DNA from: a virus
DNA: 64,000 nt
Reading direction: 5' to 3' (one strand)
IMG/VR virus record: IMGVR_UViG_3300045988_161046
Location: 32,001-96,000 of that record
Below are positions 1 through 8,726 of this stretch, piece after piece (the stretch's first letter is position 1; each line of letters begins with the position of its first letter). The translations under genes were made by a program, and so were the position numbers. The notes under the pieces are model-generated. The model was not told where the DNA came from. It made no database searches and saw only the letters and a program-made list of their open reading frames with translations.

Positions 1-25
1 GCCATTTTTGCTTTAACTTAAAGAT

Positions 26-60
26 GACCAGCGATAGAATCGCTGGGAACGGAGACGCAA
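26..60 (+). repeat. GAACGG-hairpin repeat copy 1 (stem CCAGCGAT/ATCGCTGG, 3-nt loop, then GAACGGAG)
   Basis: Read directly; hairpin 28-46; lies about 30 nt 3' of the minus-strand primase-helicase stop. Confidence 0.9.
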
Positions 61-73
61 AGGGGTTAAGGTT

Positions 74-94
74 CTTTTTACCATTTTACCTTTA
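74..94 (-). repeat. A-rich GGTAAAA(A)G junction repeat
   Basis: Minus strand reads TAAAGGTAAAATGGTAAAAAG starting at the stop codon of 92..3775. Confidence 0.7.
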
Positions 95-3000
95 AAAAGG
101 CAGGGTATCTTTATCTATTTCCTCTACCGTGGCTTCTGCGGTACTGCCATTCTGAGCATTCTGGGCGGCTACAAATCTGCCCTGCTTACGCTTCTGATAG
201 GCATTCCAGCGTTCTTCTTCTTCGGTTGTGAGCTGTACGATATGACCTTCATCATCACGATATGGTAATGGGTCTGGATTTTCTACAAACTCCTTGGCTA
301 TACGCTTCAGTTCCTTGTAGTCGGTCGGTATCGTATCCTTGCCAGGCCGATAGAAGAAGAACACATGCTTAGAGGTTTGAATGTAACGGATGAACTTCGG
401 TTCTATAGTGTTATCATTCTCCCACTCCCTACCTACGAAGTACTCCTGCGTTACCCATGCCTTCATCTTGAAGCAGTTGCGTTGCTTGTCGCTCACGTTC
501 TCGAAGAGATGTTCAGGGTTGCACTTGATATTCGCCGATTCACAATACTTATGAATTTTCTTCTTGAAGGTGGCTCGGCTATACTCCTTGCTTTTGCCCT
601 CACTGGCATCAGCCCAGTCACGGATAAACTCATTGAACATTTCATCGGCACAAATCGGAACACCGTAAACTTCTTCCCTAGAGAAGAAGAACTCGAAGTA
701 GCGCACGCAACTCTCCGTAATCTCCGAAATCATATTACGTCTTCGCAGGTTCAACTGAGGAGCCTTGCTCACTACGTGATAGCGCATCATAAACTGCACG
801 GCTAGAGCGGTGATGTAGATAGCCTGATTTCTTGCTATATCAGGTAATTTTTCGGGGTCTGGATTGAAACCCTTCAGAATGTCACCAGGTGATCTTGCCA
901 TCTTGCGCTTCAACGTATTTTCTCGTGCGAAGCGGTTAGAGAAGGCTATCTGCGGAAAACGTCCTGCCGTAGAATCTACTCCACCATCATAAGGAAAGTT
1001 GGATGATATGATATGCAGAGGCGAATCCTTTAGACTGAGCGTTTTTATATCCGCTCCCTTACACTCCAACGTAACACCAGTGGTTGCCATCACGTAGAAA
1101 TAGTCCATCGGAAAAGATTTCGGGCGGTCCTCCCAGTGTATCGCTCGATACATGCCAGGGTTATGCTGTATCTCGCCCAGACTGAAACGGGCATCGGCAG
1201 TGGTGATGAATCGCTTCATATCGATGTTCAGTACATTGACTGCCGAACCTACAAACACACGCACCACCATGGATTTACCCGAACCACCCGAAGCCTGCTT
1301 CTCGTCTTCAATCTGATCTTCCAGCAGATAAGGGATGCTCTGACTATCGGTACCCGAGAAATCTCTGTAACATACCCTACCTATACCGGAAACCATATTC
1401 ACGAAATGGGCATTGATGATTGACTTGTCTTCTTCCGATAGCTCATGCTTGCTTCTGTCGGCTTCCATCTCCTCCTGCCAAAGCACATTTGAGCAACCGC
1501 GCAGAATACGGAGCATAGGCCACAATTCTCTATCTTTCTTACCTCGCCAGTCAACATCCCACCTGTAAACGGTACCCCACTCTCGCAGGTCGTTTTTCAT
1601 CTGACTGATTTCAAAGATGCTGAATACTGGCGAACCGTCCTCATTCTTCTGCGCTTCCTTCTGCGCTATCTCGTTTTCCCTACGGGTATATTCATCACTT
1701 TGCTTGATGATGAACGGCGGGTCGAAATGACGCATAGTAAAGTCGTATGGCTTTCTGGCAGTGGCAGGGATAAAAAAGTTGCACTGGTCGTAACTGATAG
1801 GAGTGATATACTCCGGTGTTATCTTCAATGCCACGTTGCGGAAATAGAAATATTCTACGTTCTCGCTGTAACCTTCCGTAAAATCGATGACGATACTCTG
1901 CAATCCTCCGGCAGATTTTTCTGAGAAATTCTTGTCTATCAGATTGGCGCAATCGCTCATCAACTTCTGTTCCTGCTCGTTATGTCTCCAACTCTGTTCG
2001 CAAAACTCCAAGAGTTTTTCCTTTGTTGCCTGTATGATGCTCTTTCCGTCGATGTATTCGACAAAGCATCGGTCGAGGTGGATAAACTGACCTACGAGGT
2101 CATTGCTTTCCGGGTCGATTTTGCGGTAATATCCGTGACTCGTCATAAAAAGCCACACCTTAGTAGGCGAAATCTTACAGGTGCAAGGTTTTTGCTTGCC
2201 ACTGCGGGGGTCTCTCGGATATTCTATATCGAAGGGGTCGGTGTTCTTGGCTCCCCGAAGCTTGGAGAATAATGGCAGACGAATATCATGGTCGAACCGG
2301 AAATTGTCTTCATCAGACATACGATACGTGAGCATGTAATCTCTTACGCTCCTCGGTGTGCAACCATAGAGCCATTGCCAGCGCTGGTTATAGCGCACAC
2401 GGAAAGACTCAGGCAGCATGGCATAACAAATATCACTGAATTTGGTGGCGATGGCACCGCAGTTGCGCTGCGATGTAATATCATTTGGATAGATCATAAT
2501 AACCCTTTCGGCAAATCGCTTCATCTTTTGATATTGCACACCGCTGAAGTCCAGTTTTTCCTGCCTCCACTCACCTCTTTCTATATACCAGAAATAGCCT
2601 CTGCCAATAGAAAAGGCTACGTGGTACCAGCTATTCTTTTCAAAGAACTTGTCGCCAGCCTTATCCTTTCGTAAGGATTGCATGGCGTAATAGACGCTCA
2701 ATGCGTCTTCGGGTGTTCGGCAGAAAACGATGTTCTGAGCCTTAATGTCACCTACTTCTATAGGTTTCTTTTCAGGATGAAAAGTGCCTTTCGGTTCTCC
2801 ATCCTTGGTTTCGTTCTCTACCCATATTTCTTTTTCCTCTGTATAGACCTCATCAGGCTGATATTTCTTGATAGCAGCATAAACAGCGGTATTCTCAGCC
2901 GTTCTGTTTTCGGCTGCATGAACAAACACCGGGTCTCCCATGAGCCATTTGCTCACCTTCCTCACGCTATGCTCCTCACAGGTAGAGAAGACGATCGGGT

Positions 3001-3775
3001 CTTGCTGCATTGCCGGACGGAAAAAGCAGCCGCAGCTTCCCTGCGGGGCTATCACGTCTGTGGCGAAGCAGACGAACAGCGGATTCCAGGGCGTTCCGTA
3101 AATCACTTCACTTACCAGTTGCCCGTTTCTCACCACATTAGGCAGCGTTACCTGGTCCACGGCATAGATGCGGAAATCCTCGTTCAACATCTTGGTATTG
3201 AAGTCCTTTCCGAAGCCGTATTGCGGGATTCCCTTAACCGATGTGACTTCGCACCCCAGGGCTGCAAGCTCCTGGGGATTGAAATCTGTTTTTGGCATAA
3301 ATGAGAAAGTTTCTATCGTTTGTGGAGCGATTGTGCGATAATCCATCTTTGCAAAGAGCATCGGCCATTTGGCTCTCGTCTTCTCGTTGTCGCCATACAC
3401 CCTCACGATGAGGTCATGGCACAGACGCAGCAGACTGGCTCCGTGCATCGGCAGGTTGCGCATGGCGGCATAAAGCTCTAAGGCTCCATAGCCATACTTG
3501 CCGGTCTTGGTACACATCCAGCGCAGGGCACCATGCTCTGCCTTGGAATTGTCTTCCACCCCTACACCGTTATACATACCGCCTCGCTCATTATTGTAGA
3601 TAATGAGGTGAGGAGTCTGTTTTGCCTTGCCCTGCTCGCCATCGTCTGCCTCTTCCTTCTGGCAGAGCGGACAGAAACAGGCTGTCTGTCCCTCGATGCG
3701 CTGCTCATCGGCAGGTTTTACGAGGAATTGCATGTCGAGATTGGCAATCTGGTTCAATATAGGGTGAAATAACAT
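92..3775 (-). CDS. DNA primase/helicase fusion (zinc finger + TOPRIM-like N-half, P-loop SF3/D5-like C-half)
   Basis: 1227-aa ORF; 'CFCPLCQ...TPHLIIY' zinc-finger-like start; 'VIMIYPNDITSQ' TOPRIM-like patch; Walker A 'SGGSGKSM'. Confidence 0.55.
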   Translation of the reverse strand: MLFHPILNQIANLDMQFLVKPADEQRIEGQTACFCPLCQKEEADDGEQGKAKQTPHLIIYNNERGGMYNGVGVEDNSKAEHGALRWMCTKTGKYGYGALELYAAMRNLPMHGASLLRLCHDLIVRVYGDNEKTRAKWPMLFAKMDYRTIAPQTIETFSFMPKTDFNPQELAALGCEVTSVKGIPQYGFGKDFNTKMLNEDFRIYAVDQVTLPNVVRNGQLVSEVIYGTPWNPLFVCFATDVIAPQGSCGCFFRPAMQQDPIVFSTCEEHSVRKVSKWLMGDPVFVHAAENRTAENTAVYAAIKKYQPDEVYTEEKEIWVENETKDGEPKGTFHPEKKPIEVGDIKAQNIVFCRTPEDALSVYYAMQSLRKDKAGDKFFEKNSWYHVAFSIGRGYFWYIERGEWRQEKLDFSGVQYQKMKRFAERVIMIYPNDITSQRNCGAIATKFSDICYAMLPESFRVRYNQRWQWLYGCTPRSVRDYMLTYRMSDEDNFRFDHDIRLPLFSKLRGAKNTDPFDIEYPRDPRSGKQKPCTCKISPTKVWLFMTSHGYYRKIDPESNDLVGQFIHLDRCFVEYIDGKSIIQATKEKLLEFCEQSWRHNEQEQKLMSDCANLIDKNFSEKSAGGLQSIVIDFTEGYSENVEYFYFRNVALKITPEYITPISYDQCNFFIPATARKPYDFTMRHFDPPFIIKQSDEYTRRENEIAQKEAQKNEDGSPVFSIFEISQMKNDLREWGTVYRWDVDWRGKKDRELWPMLRILRGCSNVLWQEEMEADRSKHELSEEDKSIINAHFVNMVSGIGRVCYRDFSGTDSQSIPYLLEDQIEDEKQASGGSGKSMVVRVFVGSAVNVLNIDMKRFITTADARFSLGEIQHNPGMYRAIHWEDRPKSFPMDYFYVMATTGVTLECKGADIKTLSLKDSPLHIISSNFPYDGGVDSTAGRFPQIAFSNRFARENTLKRKMARSPGDILKGFNPDPEKLPDIARNQAIYITALAVQFMMRYHVVSKAPQLNLRRRNMISEITESCVRYFEFFFSREEVYGVPICADEMFNEFIRDWADASEGKSKEYSRATFKKKIHKYCESANIKCNPEHLFENVSDKQRNCFKMKAWVTQEYFVGREWENDNTIEPKFIRYIQTSKHVFFFYRPGKDTIPTDYKELKRIAKEFVENPDPLPYRDDEGHIVQLTTEEEERWNAYQKRKQGRFVAAQNAQNGSTAEATVEEIDKDTLPF

Positions 3776-4465
3776 ATCTTACAGTAAGAGTATTTATAGA
3801 GTTAAAAGAGAAGGGGAAGTCACCACTCTTTTCAGTTGATAGTTTATAGTTGATACTTTATAGGACCGGCCTATTAACTTTTAACTATCACTTATCAACT
3901 AAATGCGAAGGGTAGGCAAAACTTCAAGTGTTTACACCTTGCCGGCTTATATTCGGGGCGGGCGGTCGGAGCATTTGAAAATCTGTAGTACCCGTCCACT
4001 GAATATTCCTAACGCCAAGACGCGGCATAACGCTAATCACGTCTTTCCATAGCACCGGCAAAGATGCAGTGTACAGCGTAGTCGTGGAACATTGCTGCTT
4101 CCACTACCCTTGCATAAGAGCGTTTCCAGAATGCCTCCCCTATTCTCTTTATGTCAACGTTTCAAAGAAAGAAGAACTTTCGGGGCAATACCGCCAAAGT
4201 TCGAGGATGCCTTGTTACCGCATCGATAAGTATTCCCAGGCTTTTTAATCAGACTTTTTGCTTATCGTTCCGAGACTGCGGTGGAGGGTATCAACTTATC
4301 AGTGAAGCTTTGCAGCGTTCACTTATTACCCGTCCAGTTCTTCCTGTCATTTTAACCGATGGATCGGTTGTCTAACAAAATAAAAATCGGAAACGAAGTG
4401 TATATCGTACCAAAGTTTGCATGATGTCATGCAGAATATCTTTTATTTTTTCATATCTTTATGTT

Positions 4466-4882
4466 TTATAAATTCAGAAATGTTTCCAGGCGATAATGCC
4501 TTATCTTGCAGTTACAGATGGTTTCCATGCGGTGTACTATCATCTGCGAGAGACTTTCCATCGTGAGGAATTCGGTATCTAGACCGATAATCTGCACCTC
4601 CTGCCTCCAATAGATCTTGCCGTTCTTGCGGCGGCAACTGTGCGAAGGCGTAATAATCATATCTTCCACACTGCCCGTCATCATCCTGCAAAGATACTCA
4701 CAGGTATCTTTTAGCAAGGCAAAGGGCGCATAGAAGAGGAGAGTCGGAATATCATCCTTCAGTCCGCTCATCGTCTCGGTATAGGCGAAACGATGCAGCA
4801 TTCTGTATCGTGATAGGTTCCTATGCCTCTTCTGTATGCCATTCCGGTTAGGGATATAGGGCAAATCAAACAGTCTTGGCAT
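4466..4882 (-). CDS. hypothetical protein
   Basis: 138-aa ORF overlapping the upstream exonuclease gene's 3' end by 17 nt; no motif recognised. Confidence 0.4.
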   Translation of the reverse strand: MPRLFDLPYIPNRNGIQKRHRNLSRYRMLHRFAYTETMSGLKDDIPTLLFYAPFALLKDTCEYLCRMMTGSVEDMIITPSHSCRRKNGKIYWRQEVQIIGLDTEFLTMESLSQMIVHRMETICNCKIRHYRLETFLNL

Positions 4883-5579
4883 AGCCTTCTCTTATCTTTT
4901 TCATCATCTGCCAGGTGGAGTAGATACTTCGCTTGCAGTCGAAAATCGGGTCATGCGCCGCACTTTCATCCGTAATGTCCTTATAGTCCGTAGTCAGGGC
5001 ATTAGCCTTGTCTAGGTCAAAAGGTTCTTCGTTTGGCTCGGCTGAATCCCATACGATTCTCGCAAGTTCAAGATAGAACGTGCGATGATCTCTCAGTTGG
5101 GTATGCTTAATCTGGAACTTGATGCACAGCTTGTAGCAGATATATCTCAAGATCGCCACATCGAAGTCAGTACCCTGCGCCCAAAGGCAAAGTTCTTCAT
5201 CACCGAGCTTCTTTTTAATATAGGCTATCCATCCGAACAGGTCGTTCACGACCACATCTATTGGCTGGCAGGGTGCCTCGTCGCTGTCATTGCCGAGCAA
5301 GGCAGCTTTTGCATCATCGCTCTGTTTGCTCCACCAGTCTGCCGTCGATTGATCGAAGGTGAAGCCATTCAGGAACATGCTCCTCAGGTCAATGTGAGCA
5401 GAGAATGTAGAGTTTCTTAACACACCATCACCATTCTCAAAGAATGGTGATTCTTTACCGTAGCGCTTCCACGCCACCGCGCCGATACTCATCACGGCAG
5501 CGGTGGGCGAAAGCGAACAGGTTTCTAAATCAACAGTTACATCTATCATATATGTAGTTACGATTTCTTGGCTTAACAT
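4866..5579 (-). CDS. 3'-5' exonuclease, DnaQ/DEDDh superfamily
   Basis: Motifs in order: 'VDLET' (ExoI), 'GTDFDVAIL' (ExoII), 'HDPIFDCK' (ExoIII, H-x4-D). Confidence 0.6.
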   Translation of the reverse strand: MLSQEIVTTYMIDVTVDLETCSLSPTAAVMSIGAVAWKRYGKESPFFENGDGVLRNSTFSAHIDLRSMFLNGFTFDQSTADWWSKQSDDAKAALLGNDSDEAPCQPIDVVVNDLFGWIAYIKKKLGDEELCLWAQGTDFDVAILRYICYKLCIKFQIKHTQLRDHRTFYLELARIVWDSAEPNEEPFDLDKANALTTDYKDITDESAAHDPIFDCKRSIYSTWQMMKKIREGYAKTV

Positions 5580-6070
5580 TCAACATTGAACGCTTCTAAA
5601 AGCGTTCTGATTCCTTCCTTCTCCCATGGCTTCCAGTCGTCAGCGGTGAAACGCTTGATGATGGTGGTACGACTCATGCCCCGCTCCTCCATAAAGGCAA
5701 AGAACTTCATGCAGAGGCCATTGTTGGCTTTCTTCAGACAGGTGTAGAACACACCAGGCTCATCACTCTTGGCAAGTTCTGCCAGATAGCCTTTCTTACC
5801 TATCTCGTTGCCCAGCGCATCGGTTTCAACATACTCAGCCAATAGCTTACCTACTTCCGGTATAGCTAAAAACTGATTTTTGCAGTCGTTTATGCCCTGA
5901 ATCTCCCAGCCGTCGAAACCTTTCTGGAAGAAACGGAGATAAAATGTAGAAATAGTGAAGCCCTTAACTGATAAAAACTCAGCTAAATTCTTCTTTTCCT
6001 CCACCGAAATATCATTTACCTCTAATGGAGTGTTTTTTCTACATATTTTTTCTATAAATTCCTTTGTCAT
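5573..6070 (-). CDS. hypothetical protein
   Basis: Track ORF 5573..6127 trimmed to Met-20 because a TAAATTTG -7 box (6097-6104) lies inside the longer ORF. Confidence 0.45.
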   Translation of the reverse strand: MTKEFIEKICRKNTPLEVNDISVEEKKNLAEFLSVKGFTISTFYLRFFQKGFDGWEIQGINDCKNQFLAIPEVGKLLAEYVETDALGNEIGKKGYLAELAKSDEPGVFYTCLKKANNGLCMKFFAFMEERGMSRTTIIKRFTADDWKPWEKEGIRTLLEAFNVEC

Positions 6071-6096
6071 TTCGATTTTATTTCTTAATTTTGGTG

Positions 6097-6104
6097 CAAA
6101 TTTA
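6097..6104 (-). promoter_or_regulatory. Bacteroidota-type -7 box TAAATTTG
   Basis: Matches TAnnTTTG, about 27 nt upstream of the ATG at 6070. Confidence 0.45.
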
Positions 6105-6240
6105 AAGAATAAAATTATAGCTACCAAATGTTACCTATATTTTCTTTCAGAAATTATGGTAATTTAACATAGGCTACATATATTAATTAATTTCGAGATA
6201 AACAGATTAGAATTATTCACCTTTAAAATGTATTTGATAT

Positions 6241-6930
6241 ATGAAGTACTTTTATAATTACAGCTTCCTCGACAAGTGGATGGAAGCAAATAGGAAAATC
6301 ACCAATAGAGAAATTATGAAGGCTATGGGTACCACGAGCAATGCGTGCCTGGATAGCTGGATAAGAATGAAGTCTCCACTGCCTACCATCTCCCTGCTGC
6401 GCTTCTGCAATGCGTTTCATGTGCCGCTGTCGGCTTTTATTGTAGATGCGGATAAAGACCAACAAGGCAGTGAAGGATGCTGCGGTGCGGGGTATGTATG
6501 CCCTGGTATAGATGACCAGTTTGAGCCGGATGGGGGATATATAGATAATGATGAGAAGCGCAAACAGGGGACGAGGGCGCTGCGCAATCCCCTCGATGTG
6601 GAGAGGATGGAGTCGGTGGTACCTGGGTGGACCAGCGTTGGAAACGCTGGGAACGGAGGCGCAAAGGGACACAAGACAAGAGAAGAGGATAAGGAGGCTG
6701 CTGCTGCACCTATGAATGCTGCTGCGCCTACCCCGATGGCAGAAAAAGCTGCAAACGCAGAACCGGACATCAGCCTAAAGACCCTTAACCGCATGCTCGA
6801 TATTATTGCTGAACAGCAGAAACAGATAGGCGATCAGCAAAAGCTCATCAGCGAACTCACCCACCGTCTGGAATCTCAGCAGCCTAGCTACAACATGGTA
6901 GCAGAAGAGATACATCGTAACGAGGAATAA
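6241..6930 (+). CDS. HTH (XRE/Cro-like) DNA-binding protein
   Basis: 'ITNREIMKAMGTTSNACLDSWIRMKSPLPTISLLRFCNAFHVPLSAFI' helix-turn-helix pattern; a rare plus-strand gene; carries an in-frame hairpin-repeat copy. Confidence 0.5.
   Translation: MKYFYNYSFLDKWMEANRKITNREIMKAMGTTSNACLDSWIRMKSPLPTISLLRFCNAFHVPLSAFIVDADKDQQGSEGCCGAGYVCPGIDDQFEPDGGYIDNDEKRKQGTRALRNPLDVERMESVVPGWTSVGNAGNGGAKGHKTREEDKEAAAAPMNAAAPTPMAEKAANAEPDISLKTLNRMLDIIAEQQKQIGDQQKLISELTHRLESQQPSYNMVAEEIHRNEE
6630..6662 (+). repeat. GAACGG-hairpin repeat copy 2 (inside ORF 6241..6930)
   Basis: CCAGCGTT-GGA-AACGCTGG + GAACGGAGGCG; the stem carries a compensated A>T / T>A pair. Confidence 0.85.
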
Positions 6931-6937
6931 ATGAAAA

Positions 6938-6968
6938 CAGCCAGCTATCCATCACGGACGGCTGGCTG
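6938..6968 (+). terminator. hairpin after the HTH gene
   Basis: CAGCCAGC ... GCTGGCTG arms 8 nt after the stop; no clear T-run. Confidence 0.4.
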
Positions 6969-7057
6969 CAAATGTTTCAGCTTTAACTACTTTAAACCAA
7001 TAACGTTTATAAAAATATAGAAATAAATATATATAAAATATAAAGAACGAAATATGA

Positions 7058-7615
7058 TTAATGCTCGTTTACTGCTGCCATCTTACGGCGAAGGAACTCC
7101 CTCTCCGTGATTGTCTGGCAGTCCTCGCTTATGCTCTCGTAAGGCACATCGGTATAGAAAAATCCATGATGCAGGAAGAGGATAGGCGTTGTATTGCCAA
7201 AGGAGAACGGAAGCTGCACCTCCTTGCCTTCCTTGCCCTTTGCCATCTTAGGTTTGAACTGCAAGATAGCGATAAGAGCAGTTTCATTTACGATAGGCAG
7301 TGCCATCATCTCCTTCTCCAGGTCACTATTTTCATTAGGAACAAAGAGCGAAGTGCTCTGCATTCCGTCCTTGGTAGGAGTCTGAATGTTCGTCCAGCCT
7401 TCCTTGCTGATCGTGTTTTTGAACTCTACCATCGCCACACCACCTGCAAAGCCTTCGGGCGATTCGTAGTAGGTATCGGCTCCCTGCTTCTCTGCCCAGG
7501 CTCTCGCCTTCTCGCTTGCTTCACTACACTCAGCAAAAAAAGCCTTCAGCTTCTTGCCTGTCTCACTCTCCTCTGCTATCTTCAGATAGTTGTGAGGTCT
7601 GTTTTCTTTTTCCAT
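7058..7615 (-). CDS. hypothetical protein
   Basis: Track ORF trimmed to Met-20 (MEKENRP...); the longer N-terminus is encoded by the A-rich junction repeat. Confidence 0.45.
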   Translation of the reverse strand: MEKENRPHNYLKIAEESETGKKLKAFFAECSEASEKARAWAEKQGADTYYESPEGFAGGVAMVEFKNTISKEGWTNIQTPTKDGMQSTSLFVPNENSDLEKEMMALPIVNETALIAILQFKPKMAKGKEGKEVQLPFSFGNTTPILFLHHGFFYTDVPYESISEDCQTITEREFLRRKMAAVNEH

Positions 7616-7623
7616 AAATCCGT

Positions 7624-7659
7624 TTTTTACTTTTTTACCTTTTTGCTTTTTTACCTTTA
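7624..7659 (-). repeat. A-rich GGTAAAAAG junction repeat
   Basis: Minus strand TTAAAGGTAAAAAAGCAAAAAGGTAAAAAAGTAAAAAA between two ORFs. Confidence 0.7.
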
Positions 7660-7974
7660 AACTGCCCTGCAATAGATGACCGGCTCGCCGCTCTCATCAT
7701 TCTGCATACGGAAGCCCTGATAGCTTAACTCCTGCAGATAAAGAGAAAGCGGGTCGCCCAGCGGACAGACTATCGCCTTGAAATATTCACGAAGTCGGGC
7801 ATCATTGAATACCTCGCAGCCATCTACCCAATGATCCAACGGCTTATACTGATTACTGAAGGCTTCTATCTTTGCCGGGATAACGAAATCCTGCAGCGTA
7901 ACTTCTGCCTGTTCATCATTATCCACGATGTCGTAACCGTACTGCACGTGTTTCTTACTTTTTCCATTCCCCAT
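7657..7974 (-). CDS. hypothetical protein
   Basis: 105-aa ORF in a tight co-directional array. Confidence 0.45.
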   Translation of the reverse strand: MGNGKSKKHVQYGYDIVDNDEQAEVTLQDFVIPAKIEAFSNQYKPLDHWVDGCEVFNDARLREYFKAIVCPLGDPLSLYLQELSYQGFRMQNDESGEPVIYCRAV

Positions 7975-8575
7975 GGTCGGTATATTTATTAATTGCTGTA
8001 AGTGCCAGAACTATCACGATAAGCAGAAAAAGGGCAAGGGCGTTCTTTCTGGCTTTCTGAATCCAGTTAGCCTTTTTTATCTCTGCTGTATTCTTTTTCT
8101 GCGTATCTGATAAGCTGTCGGTGGCCTCCCAGCGGGTGCCAACATCACTGCGGTTGCTGATAGCGAGGCTATCGATGGTTTTCTGCATCTGATTGATTTC
8201 CTGCTGCTGATTTTGCAATCGCTCATCATAAGATGACTGCTTATCATAACTGCCCTTGCGCTGGGTGGTGCGGTCGATAGTCTTCTGCTTGTTTCCGGAA
8301 AAATCGGTGGTCTCGGTGATATGCTCCTGGATAGTCTCTTCATATTCGCCCGTTTCCGTCGATGTAGAAGTAGTATGCTTATCCTCGCTCACCTTCACGG
8401 CTGCGCTATCGCCCACCGTTACCTGCTTACGTACGCTGTCCTGCTGAATAACCGATACGCTATCCTTCACTTCCTGGTGGTTATTGCTAACCGCCCGTCG
8501 AGAGGTAGCACATGCCGTAAACATCATCGTCACTACTGCAATCAAGAGTAGTTGAATAATCTCTTTCCTTTTCAT
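7955..8575 (-). CDS. lipoprotein with C-terminal transmembrane anchor
   Basis: Lipobox 'VVTMMFTAC' at the N-terminus; 'ALALFLLIVIVLALTAI' near the C-terminus; S/T/Q-rich middle. Confidence 0.55.
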   Translation of the reverse strand: MKRKEIIQLLLIAVVTMMFTACATSRRAVSNNHQEVKDSVSVIQQDSVRKQVTVGDSAAVKVSEDKHTTSTSTETGEYEETIQEHITETTDFSGNKQKTIDRTTQRKGSYDKQSSYDERLQNQQQEINQMQKTIDSLAISNRSDVGTRWEATDSLSDTQKKNTAEIKKANWIQKARKNALALFLLIVIVLALTAINKYTDHGEWKK

Positions 8576-8605
8576 ACGTTTTCATTTCTTTTAATGTTTC
8601 TGACG

Positions 8606-8643
8606 CAAAGGTAAGAAAAAAAAGGGTTTATGGTTGGGACAAA
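8606..8643 (-). promoter_or_regulatory. N25-class promoter-like module TTTGTCCC-N21-TACCTTTG
   Basis: Minus strand TTTGTCCCAACC...TACCTTTG, about 30 nt upstream of the ATG at 8575. Confidence 0.5.
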
Positions 8644-8648
8644 CAAAT

Positions 8649-8726
8649 AAAGGTAAAAAAGTAAAAAGGTAAAAAAGTAAAAAAGCCTAGCGGGATAATG
8701 GCTTGCTTTTTACCTTTTTACCTTTA
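8649..8726. repeat. inverted pair of A-rich GGTAAAAAG repeats around a short hairpin
   Basis: 8649-8685 (GGTAAAAAAG units) faces 8706-8726 (the complement); immediately 3' of the Rep stop. Confidence 0.7.

Noticed and set aside
365-3772. Plus-strand ORFs inside the primase-helicase gene (365..805, 1136..1423, 2288..2674, 2678..3304, 3533..3772 and others)
   Set aside because: They are antisense shadow ORFs within a long, motif-bearing minus-strand gene. Their composition is odd and they lack promoter boxes.
6223-6794. Minus-strand ORFs 6223..6672, 6417..6794 and 6437..6709
   Set aside because: They are antisense to the HTH gene, run through the GC-rich hairpin-repeat insert, and have P/S/R-rich implausible products.
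7616-7672. Long N-terminal extension 'MQGSLKVKKQKGKKVKNGF' of ORF 7058..7672
   Set aside because: It is encoded by the A-rich GGTAAAAAG junction repeat and overlaps the stop of the upstream gene. Met-20 is the more plausible start.
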